DNA from: Selaginella moellendorffii
Lineage: Eukaryota > Plantae > Lycopodiophyta
Reading direction: 5' to 3'
DNA: 64,000 nucleotides
NCBI RefSeq assembly: GCF_000143415.4
Contig: NW_003314269.1
Location: 2,597,060 to 2,661,059, forward strand
Shown here: piece by piece, positions 1-12,200 of the stretch
Numbering within the stretch: position 1 is the first letter of the stretch
Layout of the letters: every line of letters starts with the position of its first letter
The notes under the pieces: model-generated
The model's database searches: none
The model's input: the letters and a program-made list of their open reading frames with translations, nothing else
Told to the model about the DNA's origin: nothing
Position numbers and translations under genes: made by a program

Positions 1-2
1 AG

Positions 3-848
3 AATATTTTATTATTTCTAATTTTCATTTTCTTAATAACAGTAAATAGCTATAAATCTAGAATTGGAAAAATTGGAATATTAAATTCAGCTGATGTTAG
101 ATTAATAATAAGTAGTTTAGAATCTTTATTAGTGAAAATTTTGACTGATGGTTCTCAAGATCCATATCCATCTAATTATGCAGATGGAGATTTAATACCT
201 ACTTCTAAAGGACTTGTACATTTAATGATTAAAACTAAAGATCAATGTTATATTGAAAGTCCAGATGGAATTACAGGAATAGCTTTAAGAAGAGGTTTCA
301 GAAATATATATAATAAAATTTTTTCTGAATTATCAGAATATTGTACAGACAATTTTCTTAGAGAAAGCAACCATTATTTAATAACATATAAAATTACAAA
401 TGATTGGGAGTTTGAGTTTCCAAAATCAATTGTAAGTACTACTTTTAAATCATATAATTTAAAATGTGATATTGAAGCTTCTATTTTATATAATCCTGCA
501 ATTTTACATACTGAAATGTTTTTAATTTCTTCAAATGGTAAAAATGTATTATTATTTCAATCAAATTGTAAGCTTGTTTTGTTCTCATTAAAAAATAAGG
601 TATGGGAATCTAAAACTAAAACAGAAAATATTTTTAATTGTAAGTTAAAACTTCAAAATGATGGTAACTTTGTCATATATTATAACAAAGAACCTCAATG
701 GTCTACAAATAGGTATTGTAAAAATTGCATTTTTCCTGTATTTCTTGTTGTTCAGAATGATTGTAATATAGTAATTTATACAACAAAATTTCCAAACTAT
801 ATAATGTGGGCTTCAAATACTGAAAAGCATATTCTATGTTCACTATAA
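3..848 (+). CDS. AT-rich secreted protein with a C-terminal bulb-type (GNA/B-type) mannose-binding lectin domain; 5' end lies before the window
   Basis: Frame is open from nt 3 (NILLFLIFIFLITVNS, signal-peptide-like) into the 132..848 ORF. Two QxDxNxVxY motifs (LQNDGNFVIY, VQNDCNIVIY), each followed by W-S/A-T/S-N. No introns seen. Confidence 0.75.
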   Translation, partial: NILLFLIFIFLITVNSYKSRIGKIGILNSADVRLIISSLESLLVKILTDGSQDPYPSNYADGDLIPTSKGLVHLMIKTKDQCYIESPDGITGIALRRGFRNIYNKIFSELSEYCTDNFLRESNHYLITYKITNDWEFEFPKSIVSTTFKSYNLKCDIEASILYNPAILHTEMFLISSNGKNVLLFQSNCKLVLFSLKNKVWESKTKTENIFNCKLKLQNDGNFVIYYNKEPQWSTNRYCKNCIFPVFLVVQNDCNIVIYTTKFPNYIMWASNTEKHILCSL

Positions 849-1289
849 TGTTTTTATAAGCTATTTTGATAATTCAACAGCATATACAATATTTTAATTA
901 TTATTTATCATATTAGCATTTAATGGGATTAGTAGCATCACTTGGCTGCTTTGGTATTATATTCTTATTTTTATATAAACCCTACTAACTCTTTAGTTAA
1001 AATACTAAACCTTTCTACGGTGATCTAGATGTAATGATGCTTATACTATTTGACCCAATTTACTATAGATAGTGATCTGGCGGTAAATTATTTTTTATCT
1101 CAGAACTAAATCTCATTTTATTGCCATGTTTAACCATATTTAGTATAGTATTAAGTATAATAATAATAAGAAAAACAAACCTTACTTTTACTTCTTTTCT
1201 GTTCTAATTCTTTTAATGTCTTGCAATCTAATCTTAAATTTATTAATTTGTATAAGAGAGGCTATTAATGCAACTACACATATACCAAA

Positions 1290-3827
1290 TAATATCACAT
1301 CACATTTTTGGCCAATAAAAAAATTTATATAGTTTTTCAGCCACATGACGATGTTCCATATGCCCACATAAAATAAGAGAATCATGGTAGGTATGGAGAA
1401 AACGTGGAATAAAAATCAAAAGCACTACCAATCATAAATGATTATTAGGATCCATCCTTATAAAATTAAGAAGGTTGTTTTAAGGGTAATATTAAGAATG
1501 TAAATGCTGAAATCATCAGCAAATGATATAAGATTTTGAAACCCATTGCAAAGCCGTTAGATTCATGGCTCAACCTTTTAAGCCTAATAAACCTTATCAA
1601 AAGAAAGTAAATCTTACTCCACACTTTGTGTACATTAAACATCAAGTACAACAACTACCAATGGCACAAAATCCTCATTCAAAAAATTTATATATACTGA
1701 AACAATAGGCTTGCTAAAAGCATGAGAAAAAAGCGAAAAAGTAAGAGGAACTATAGAAAGGATATCAACATTAGCCATTCCCCAAATAATGAATAATATC
1801 AAAATCATATATTTGAAGCTTCAAAGCCCACTGAGTAGTATGACCAAGAAGGTTCTTTCACTTCAATAACAAAATAACTATAGCATGATCACTTTTTAGT
1901 AATGTCCGAGAATTATGTAGATAAGCATGAAGTTTTTTGAAACCCTAGATTATTGTTAAACACTCTTTTATTGTGGAGTAGTTCACCTCTACCGGTTGTA
2001 ATGTACAATTAATGTATGCAATGGGATGGTGTTGACTAGGCACATTTGAGCTCTCTTGCATCAACACATCTCTAAGATTGATATAAGAAGCATCCATGAG
2101 CAAAATGAAAAATCAAGTGTAATTAGAATATGCCAAAATTAAAGGAGTTGTCAATAGCTTTTTTAGATTTGTAAATGCCCCCTCACAATCCACAAACTAA
2201 ATGAAAGATGATGTTGACAACTTTAACAATACTTACAATGGTGCAATACGATCAGAAAGACAATCAAGTAAATGCTCGAGATATTGCACCTTGCCTAAGA
2301 AGTGCTACACATCATTCACACACTTTGGAGTAAAAAACTTAAGAGTAGCCACAAATTTGTCATGATTAACTTACAAATCTTCACAAAAAATATGGTACCC
2401 AAGATAAGTGGTGTCTTTGGACCAAACATGCACTTTGATTACTTCAGCTTTAAACCAACTTCTTGCAGTTGATTAAATACCTTACGAACATCACAGACGT
2501 GTTCTTCTTATATCCCCTCCAAGTGGATTGAAACATCATTAATAAAATCAATAGTCATTTTTGGCATATTGCAAAAGAACCTTATCCATCATCCACTAGA
2601 AAGTTATTGGAGCATTGTTTAAACCAAACGACATCATTAAGAACTTATACAAACCAAATGGTGTACAAAAAACAGTCTTGGGAATATCTTCCTTAGCCAT
2701 TAGCACTTGCTAGTACCAAAAGCAAGATTTTACTGTGAAACACAAATCTCTAAGCCCCAAAGTGGAGCTGAGAGGGTGCCACATGGTAATGGCTGAAGTA
2801 GAAGCCAAATAAGCATAATAAGTTTGAATTAAAAGTTTTAACTTGAAAAGTCGAGAGCGGGAATGGAACTCTTAAAGAAGTGCTCGAGGAAAGAGGATAA
2901 AGCAATCAATAAGTGAGCCTTTAGAAAAGGGACATAAGAGGACCAACATATAATATGTGGAAGTGTTGGGACCAAGTTCGAGATAGAGTTTGAGTTGGAT
3001 CTGAAATGGAATTTGGGATAGACCCGAGATGGACTTGAGATGGAGTCGGAGAACAAGTCCAAGATGAAGTTCGAGATGAAGTTTGAGATGGACTTGGGAT
3101 GGAGTTTGAGAAGGAGTCTCAGATAGACCTGAGATGGAGTTCGAGATGAACCTGAGATGGAGTCCGAGATGGACCTAAGATGGAGTCCGAAATGGAGTTT
3201 GAGAAAGAGTCAGAGAAGGAGTCAAAGATCGAATCCAAAATAGAGTCTAAGATCAAGTTCAATATGGGAACCAAGACCGAGTCCAAGATCAAGACTAAGA
3301 CCAAAACCAAATAATTAAATCAATAATACACATCATCCCCAGGACTCTCATAGAAGAACTTCAGCCAGACGCCAAGATTGGCAACAAGCTATACCACACA
3401 TTGTGTATACTACTATTAATTAAGTCTGATTATTTAATTGGAATCATATAGCATCAAGCAATTGCATTAACTACTACTTTAGAGTTAAAGGAGGAAGAGG
3501 TTATTACTTTGCCATGAAGATGAACAAAAAAATGAAAAAACAAAAGAAATGAAATAAAAATAACTATAAAGAAATAGAGATCTAAACAATGCAAAAATTA
3601 AATTTAAACCAAAATCCCAAATCTAAACACTCATCAGGACAATCAAAACTACCCTTCATCTCCACCAATATGAGTGTATAGAATATAAAAATGGAATACA
3701 AAAATATACATATCAATTATCCCAATAACCTTCAAGACCAAATGATCCAGATTGAAATTAATTTGATAATGGTTATCAAAATCCCATTATACTAATAATA
3801 GTTTACAACATTGTATTTCATTTCACA
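1290..3827 (-). mobile_element. Heavily decayed, internally deleted copy (A0) of Ty3/gypsy family A
   Basis: Reverse complement aligns by eye with RT/RNaseH/integrase of the 14.6-31 kb copies. Gag start remnant near 3515, PBS remnant ctccaccaa near 3660-3668, LTR remnant 3669-3827. Confidence 0.85.
2734..3310 (+). mobile_element. Truncated LTR fragment of family B, including a decayed 11/12-mer and 6-mer repeat array, nested in A0
   Basis: Begins tgtgaaacacaaatctctaagccccaaagt, matching tgtgagacacaaaatccctaggccccaaagt at 23730. Degenerate gagatggagtcc and aagacc repeats follow. Confidence 0.85.
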
Positions 3828-3928
3828 TATCTTAATAATATATTAATAATTTTAAGAATATCCTAGAGCATTGATTGTGCAATTTCAATTTCTATTTGCT
3901 TCTTCAGACCACGTCTTGTTCAACAAGA

Positions 3929-5549
3929 TCATTCACGTATTTTCTGAACACCAACCCATCGAGCATAATCTACCCACCTGTTTACAAGCAGCAGCATAAG
4001 AGGAAGAAGAGAAACCATTTTTGCTTCTTTATACTCACATAAGGGAGCCCAGAAACGTGTTGCCTGTTCGGACCGCAAAGCAGAGTACACTCAGGGCAAG
4101 CTTTTTGTTGTGAAGCATTGGCTCCAAAATCCGTTGCTCCACCACCCCAGCCAAAATTTGGTACCTGCACACAATCGTTAGCATGAAAAGCCGAACACCA
4201 GTTTCTCATACCGCAAGTTACTCGACACTGCCATGTAAACGCCATATGCCAGACTTGTAGAGAAAATCGGCACATCTTCAGCCTCACCAGCGAAGTTCTT
4301 GTCCAGTGACTTTCTCACACTGATGAGACCATTCGTTACCGCTGTGCCAACCTGAAAGAAAAAAGAAAAGGTCGCAGGAAGAAAAATAGTGACAAAAATG
4401 GCGGCTTACCAGAGATGCAGTAACTCCAACACCTAAAAGCTTTGCTCCATTTCTCTGAAAGCCGTGGACGTGAGCGGTTGCAGAAACACAGGTTTTACTT
4501 ACCCCAATAGCTCCCATCCGCTGCAGTAGAGAGTAAGAAGTCCCTCTGATGGCAACCTGGAAAGAACCACAAGAGTTGCGTTTTGGCAATGCTTTGCGCA
4601 ATACTATACCTGAAAAGCATTGTCTGGACATCCATAGAAAAACTTTGCGAGCTTGCCAGCCTCCATTGCAGGCGCTGCGCGCAAGGACACTGTCGGAGCA
4701 GGAAGCCAAACAAGCATAAAGTCGGCAATCAGTGCCATCACCTGTCACAAAGAAACACCGGTTCAAGAGAGAAGGTAACGAAGCACAAAAAAGTATCTTA
4801 GAGAACTTACAATGTCTGCAAACACGAAATCCAACTCCTTGGAGAAGTTCTCCTTGCGTCGCTCCAGTTCTGCCGCAGTCTAAGTACATTTGCGAATCAC
4901 TCACGAGAATGCAAGTAGAAAAGACGAGGAGAAGAGCTCACTTGCCCACGCATACCTTGGTGAAAATCCCCACACCGCATTCGATGAACACCTTGGTGAG
5001 GAACAAATCGTCGGCCAGGAGTCTCTCCGTGAACCCACTGAACTGGAGCAGCCATCCTCGCAGCGGGGTCTTCTCCAGCAGCACAAATCTCTCCACAATG
5101 GCCGCTGTCACCCTTCCATCCTGGATCGCGTAAGCCAGGTCTCGCGGGATGTTGTCGAGCGATCTCCCAAGGCTGGCCAGCGCGAGCAATGCCTCTGTCC
5201 TGTTCTTATCGCTGCTGGAACCATCGTCTCCGCCGCCAGAGCCGCCGCCATAGCCCCCTGTGGAACCATTGCCGCCGCCGCCGCTGCTTCCATCGTCTAG
5301 CTCCATGGACGCGGATGCCTGGCGGGGCACGAATCTCGACCGCGGCCCAGCCATCCTGGCGGCGAACAGACCTGACGATGCCGCCGCGGCGAAGACGAGC
5401 TTGGGGGTTTTGGATCGCGCATGGCGGAGATCGACGCGTTGCCTCTGAGAGAAGATTACCAGGCGCTGCTGCTGCTGCTGATGCTGGGAGGACGCCACGC
5501 CATAGCTGGATTGCGACGATGACGCTGCGGCTGGGATGCACAGCGCCAT
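3929..5549 (-). CDS. RETICULATA-related plastid envelope protein (DUF3411, RER4-like), multi-exon
   Basis: Transit-peptide-like N-terminus, Gly-rich linker, then ERLLADDLFLTKVFIECGVGIFTK / TAAELERRKENFSKELDFVFADI / VMALIADFMLVWLPAPT ... YQILAGVVEQR ... WVDYARWVGVQKIRE*, joined by GT-AG introns. ATG at 5549, TGA at 3929-3931. Confidence 0.9.
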
Positions 5550-6249
5550 AGCCGTCCCCTTCGCAGGGGAAAAAGAGAATGGCAATTCCAACCTTTAGTT
5601 TTCTAATGAACCCTAAACTCTTAACGGTAGAGAGATCTTTTGCGAGGCGATCGATGGAGGAGCTCGCGGCGTGCTCATTTACAGCGATCGATCGATCTTC
5701 CACGCCTCCATCGATCGCCTGGATCGGTCTTCCTGGAATGTGGGTGAGAAATTGTCTCGACTCACAGTGGGGATTTCTCAGCGATGATCCACGATCGGAC
5801 AATGTGGGGGAAAGCGAGAGATTTTTCGCGTTCTTTTGCAGCGATCGCGTGCCGATCGAGCTCTTTCTTTTGCGGAATGTTTTCGATCGAGGGCGACAAT
5901 AAGAGGTAAATTACTTACCTAGCGTTTTAACTTTTTTTACGCTAGCCAGCCTTTATAAATCTGCATGTAGGTCTTTCAACAAGGCGGCGGTAGTAAGGTC
6001 TTTTCATCGATTCGAGAGGAGTCGAGTTCTTAGGCGGCGACGAGCTTCTTCATTATCGACCGCGGCGTCGGTGAGTTTCTTCTTGTCTCGCGTTCTTGAT
6101 CGTGGTCGTAGCAGAACTCGTGAAGAGATTGCTCGTTTTCCCGTCTTTCCAGTCTTTGCCATCCAACAAAGCCGCGAGCTTTGCGCTCCAGGTGAGTCAA
6201 TCTCTCGTTTTTCCTTGCGAGCCTCATCGCTTTCTTCGAAAGGTGAGCC

Positions 6250-9200
6250 ATGGGTGGAGGATGGGATGACGATGGTTTCGAGTTCGTGGAAGAAGTGGAG
6301 CGTGACGAACAACCGGCAAGAGAGGACATGGAGCTTGATCTGGTCGTGGTTTCTCCCATTGCTGCTAGCGCCGCGGCCCCCTCGAGGGAAGCTTGCGCTC
6401 TCTTCAGCCTCATCGAAGTGAAGTCGGACAAGCAAGAGCTAAGCTTTGTGGAGAAGGTGCTACTGTCCGAGTCCCAGATCTTTGAGCTCTTCAACAAGCT
6501 TGCTCCTGGATCCGTCCGGGTGGAGGATCAGCGATGGTTTCTCGACACGGGACTTTTGGAGGCTGTGTCGCTGGAGACGGTGGGTTTTTACGGGAGCAAG
6601 GGGTTGATGGTGGACATCTTTGCGAGAGAGAAGGCTTTCGTGGAGGAGGATATCGCCAAGCTGAGGTCCGACCAGCTTCCGGCGGGTCTCTACGGTGCCT
6701 TGCACGGCCGCAAGCTCTTGATCTTCTACTGGCAGCCGAGCAAGAAGTTCACGGATGCGAGGAGGAGCGACATCTCTTGCAACTTCATACGCTACTTGGT
6801 GGAGCTGTGCGATGTGGTGTATAGCTGCATTGAGCTGGAGAATGGTGGCGCGTCCATGGCCTCGATTGGCACGTCGAGCAGCAAGAGAAAGCGGACTCAG
6901 CGGCTCCAAGTTTCCATGGTGAAGTCGAGCGACAACGATTTCAACGTCAGGAGAGGCTTTCGGTTGCCTGCCGGAGGTGGAGCGTCGAGGCTCTCTCCTC
7001 GCAAGCTTAGCGAAGGCTTCTATCGCACTGGGCTGCTTGAGACCGAGAAGTACACCCCCAAGGAGTCTTTCTCGCACGATCACGCGACCGTGCCACCGGA
7101 GAAGCTCGGTGAAGTCGTGAAGAGCTGGGGGGACGTCCAGATCGACTACACGGAGATGAAGGACGAGGACTTTATCCTTTTCTGCCAGAGCGCCATGCCG
7201 GATAGTGGTCAGGAGCTGCGTGAGGCATTGGCAACTCTGGATGACAAGATCAGCGCCGCGGGTAGCGAGTTTTCCAGCACTGAAGAGCTCTTCAACAAGG
7301 AAAAGGAGGAGGTTCTCTCGGTGTTTGCAAGAGGTCTGAATGCTTACTTGAGGCTTGCCTGTCCATGGGAAGAAAAACTTCTTCTGGGAGGTGGCGAGCA
7401 GCGGGCCTGCACAGGCTCGGTTGACTTCATCAAGTATCACGAGGGCTGGAACGAGCAGTCCATAGAAGCTGACGAGAAGGCGCTTTCGGAGATGGAGGCG
7501 AAGCTGCTGGAAGTTTTGGCAGCGGACAAGAAGGAGAAAGTATTCATTGGATCGAAAGTCTCAGTGCAAGGATTTTCCGGATTCTTCGTCATTGCTCGAG
7601 AGGGGAAGCGGTTATCCGGGCCTATGACTTATGGGGAGACTTTCACCGCAATCAGGGGTCACTCTCGGGTTGAGGCGCGTCTCTTAACAAGAAATGGTGG
7701 TCCTGAGGTGGTTTCATCCGACAACTTTGATCTCTTTGCCGGAAAAAAACTGGTAGCGAGGAACACCAGGTTCCGCTCCGTGGACCATCCATCAGGAGAT
7801 CATTTCAGGCAGTGGCTTGGTTTCTGTGCGGAAGAAGTGGGACTCATGCTCAAGAAGAAAATCCAGCTTGCAGCTTCTCTGAAGGACCAGGTGGATGCAA
7901 CCGAAGATTACCTTTTGCAGTGCATTCTTGCGGACTGCCTAGACGAAGTCGGTAACGTAGACTTCGCCAAGAAGCTTAAGGAACTGCAAGGCCGCGAAGT
8001 GGAGGATCCCAGTCTGTCGGATTCAGTCCGGTCTCTCTGCATGGGAGCCTACGTAATGAGACGGCAGCAGTTCATGGGGATATTTCTGGACTTGGTGGAG
8101 GACAGTCTCTTCCATATCCTCAAGTCCAAGGTGAAACTGGAACTGGAAGCGCAGCATAAGGCACGGGTGGAGTCTCTGAAGCAGAAGAAGTCGGACGTGG
8201 CCTCGGCTTACAAGATGAAGCTTTCGCAGAGCGATGGAGAGGCGCTTCCAAAGATCAAGATCAAAAGCTGCAGACCAACAAGTGGTGGCTCTTCGTGGCG
8301 AGTTTTCAGCCTTCTGAAGGGTGATGTGCCAAAGATCTCTATTAGCTTCCTGAGGCAGCAGACGCACAGTGAGCGGATTATCTGGAAGGTGGTGGAGTTT
8401 CTACCCCAGAAGAAAGAGCTGGAGTTGCAAGCGGCCAAGAGCGAGCATATCATCGTTCCAAGTAGTTCCGGGCTCCAGACCATTGCTGATATCGACTCCC
8501 AAGAGTATACTCTGAGCAACGTGATTCTTCTCAAGTCTGGCCAGGTTCTACTTTTCGTTAAGGGCGTGGTGGAGTCGTGCATGGCAATCTATCTCTGCCA
8601 AAGTCTTGGTAGCAGGATTCGCATTCCTGAGAGGGAGCCTATGAAGGTGCTCAAGAGGGGCTTCGACTTGGCTGCTTTCGATGAGGCGTCCAACTTCATT
8701 GCCTTCTACGAGCAGTCCCTTGCAGCGATCAAGATTTTCCGCTTTACCGATGGCTTCCGTGAGCTCTTCTGGACTGGCGTGGACATAGAGCTCGACAAGT
8801 ATCACGGCAGTACCACTATCACTGGGCTCCACTTTGTTCCATCCAGAGCGGAACTTCTGCTGTTCGATGCAACAGGCTGCGTGAGGGTGTTTGAGGTCGC
8901 TCAACCAGCGATGATGAAGCCTCGGACGATCCAGTTGCTAGATTCTTTTCTCAAGGCCTGCGTCACGCCGGATGGTCTCTGCCTGCTGGCTATTTGCAAA
9001 GGTGACGAGATTCCAGATGCCGAGAACTTTCAGACGCTTTCAGGTCATGTCTACAGGCTTGACGACACTTGCGAGCTCATCAAGACAGTGACGCTTTCGG
9101 ATATCTGTGTCAGTAGCGTGCATCAGCTCGAAGCACAGGTCGTCTTGTTCGGAAGCCAAACGCACCTCCTGGTACTTGACGACGAGAAGAACGTCCTCCA

Positions 9201-12200
9201 TTCGGTCGTGCTGGACGTAACTTTGGCGTCCCAGACTTGCCAGATTCGCCTGCGCGACAAGTGTGACTCCGCGGAAGAAACACCCATGTCGACGAGCGTC
9301 TGCTACGAGGTGGATTACCTCTACCACATCTTCGACAAGTACGCAGTGAGCCCTCCTCTGCTCAGAGCGTCCCCGAGGTGCATTACATTCCGGATGGTCG
9401 TCAGAGTGCTCAATGGATCCCACGACGGTAACGACGCCGAAGTCGTGAAGCATGCTAAGATGGTGCTGGACAAGCTTCGTCGAGAGAAAGGAAAGGAGGT
9501 TCTCAACGTGGACATCTCGTTCGAGGCTGAGCACTTTGATCGCAAGCTTGAGGTCCGGACGAGCCGGCGCTGTCTGGGAGATTTCTTGCGACGGCTTTCG
9601 TGCCTGGTTCCCGTCCAGATTGCTAGAGCAGAGAACAACAGCTTGCGGCCTCTGATCAACGGCATGAGAATGGCAGCCGATGTCAACTACGCGGACTCCA
9701 TCTCACTTGCGGAGATCGTCCGCTTTGGACTTTATGACGCAGTCATCCAGAGCTGGAACGGGCCTGTCAAAGTTATATCCTCCATGGGTAAACAAAGCAG
9801 CGGGAAGTCCTACCTCCTGAATCATCTCAGTGGCTCTCTACTGGATGTAGCAGGGGGACGATGCACAGACGGTGTGTGGATGACTACTTGCACGGCGGAG
9901 GATTGCTTATATGTCATTCTCGACTTCGAGGGACTTGGAAGTTTTGAGAGGAGCGAGCAAGAGGACATGCTACTCTCGATTCTTAATGCAGCAGTCAGCA
10001 ACATCACGGTTTTCAACAAAAAGGTGAGTTTTGTAGTGAGACTTTCATTGTTTCGAGCTTTCTGACATGCTGACGTGCAGGACTTCCACCTTGATAAGGA
10101 AACCGAGGCTCTGTTCGATCGGTTCCAGGCAGGAGTGAGCTTGGTTAAGCAGGACGAGAAGCTCTTCAAGGGTCTGTTCTACATGGCTATCAAGGACGTG
10201 GATGCAGCAGACGTCGAGGACCTGAGGCACGAGTTTTACTCCAAGATAGCGCAGATTTGCAGTAAGTCAGAGGAGAACTTCCTGACGAGAATGTATGGTG
10301 GGGAAGTGGAGATATGCGCTATGCCACCTTTCAACCGTTGCGAGTTCTACGAAAGCATCTCCCAGATTGCTCGAGGAGTTGGAGCCGGTTCACACGAATG
10401 GGAAGAGTTTTCTGCGGGACCTCAAGCTCATAATCGCTCAAATCAGCTCGAAGGACTGGTCGCCGATTGATTCCAAGAGGATCGCCTTCAAGCTCACCAT
10501 GCTTGCCAAGAACTTGCGCTCAGCCGTCGTCCAGGGGTGTATGGAAGATGGCAAGCCTCTCGTCAACTTCGACACCGAAGAACAGATCGACGATGCAGCT
10601 CTCGGTATTGAGGGTCTCGCTTTCAGTGTTGAGGATGCCGGCCTTCGTCTCGGCTGCTATGGTGACTTGGATTTATCCAGAGCGGTGCTGGAGCAGCTGC
10701 TGGGCGAGTTTGAGAAAGTGATGCCGCGGACTGGTAAAGGTGATGAAGAATGGCACAGGAAAGCAGAGATTTTCCTCGTGGAGCTCGTCGAGAGGCGCAA
10801 GGACCGTGTCACAAAGTGGATCGGCTCCAACACTGCTGCGTTTGCCACCGAAGGCGATGTCCAGAAGCTGGTGCTCGAGGCGGCAGCGATGATCTCTGGC
10901 ATGAAGGAGAGCCTGGCTCTGTGCAGCTGCAAGTGTACCCGCTGCTTCCTCCGGTGCTCGTTGGAAAAGTCTCACAAGAGCTCGCACAGCTGCAACGGGA
11001 ACCACCGCTGCTCGGAGTTTTGCACGTACTGCGTGGAGGAAGGAACGAGCTCCGCGAGCCACTGTGCGGACGTTGCAGGTCACGAAGGCTCCCACGACTG
11101 CAAGCTCAAGAGCCACACTTGCGGCCACGAGTGCGAGCTCCTCGGCGCGTCGAGCAACTGCAACAAGGTGTGCTCCAGGAAAGTCGGCCACCCGGGCGAG
11201 CACAAGTGCAACTCGAGGCAGCATATGTGCAAGGAGAAGTGCCAGCTCCCGGGCTGCGACAACATCTGCGTCTCACCGAGCGAGCTCGATCACAAGCTCC
11301 ACGCATGCCACGAGAAGATGTGCCCGACACCGTGCTGCATGCCGGGGTGCCACCGCAAGTGTGCCACCGCCGACCACTTCCACTCGATGAAGAGCGGTAT
11401 CCAGCACTTCTGCGAGAGCGAGCACCCGTGCCAGGAGGCGTGCCAGTCCCCGGGGATTTGCGACGTGGTGACGGAGGTGGTGAAGAAGACGAAGACGTTC
11501 GTGGGGAAGCGGTCGCAGTTTGAGTACGAGCACGTCTCGGAGCAAAACGGCGTGAGAAAAGGATGCTGCGTGCCGGTTCCAGCTTTCAACAATACCCATG
11601 CTGGGCCTCACATCCACACGACGAACCCGAGCGCCATCCACTTCTGCCCGGTTCGCTGCCAAGGCTGCGGCTACTTTTGCAACCTGGCCATCGGACACCG
11701 CGGGCTGCACGACACCACGCACGGCAACATGACGGACAAGTTCTTCGCTTCCGAGACCGAGGAGGTGGACATCCTGGACCGGAAGTACTCGTGGGGGGAG
11801 TCGGGCGCCGCAGAGATGTGCATGATGCACTGCAAGGCCCGGGGCCGGGGACACGTTCATCTGGCGGTGTGCGAGAGGAACAAGTCCGTCTTTGGAGTGT
11901 GCAAGGCGATCTCCATCCCGGACGGTGCCAGGCACGAGACGAAGAAGTATGGGCCCGACTTTGGCGTCGCGAAAGACGAGCTCACTCACGCGGCCTACTG
12001 GAAGAACATGCGCTTCAAGGACCCGTGCTCGGACGAGGACCAGCGCTTGTTTGCGCTGTGCGCGCACTCGTGTGCGTCGTCCGAGCACCGCGGCGATGGA
12101 GCAAACGAGCAGAGATCCTACTGCACGGAGAAGCTGTGGCACGCGCCAGTGAGCTCCATGTCCGGAGTAGCGGGCTACGTGAGCGAGGACGGGCATGTCT

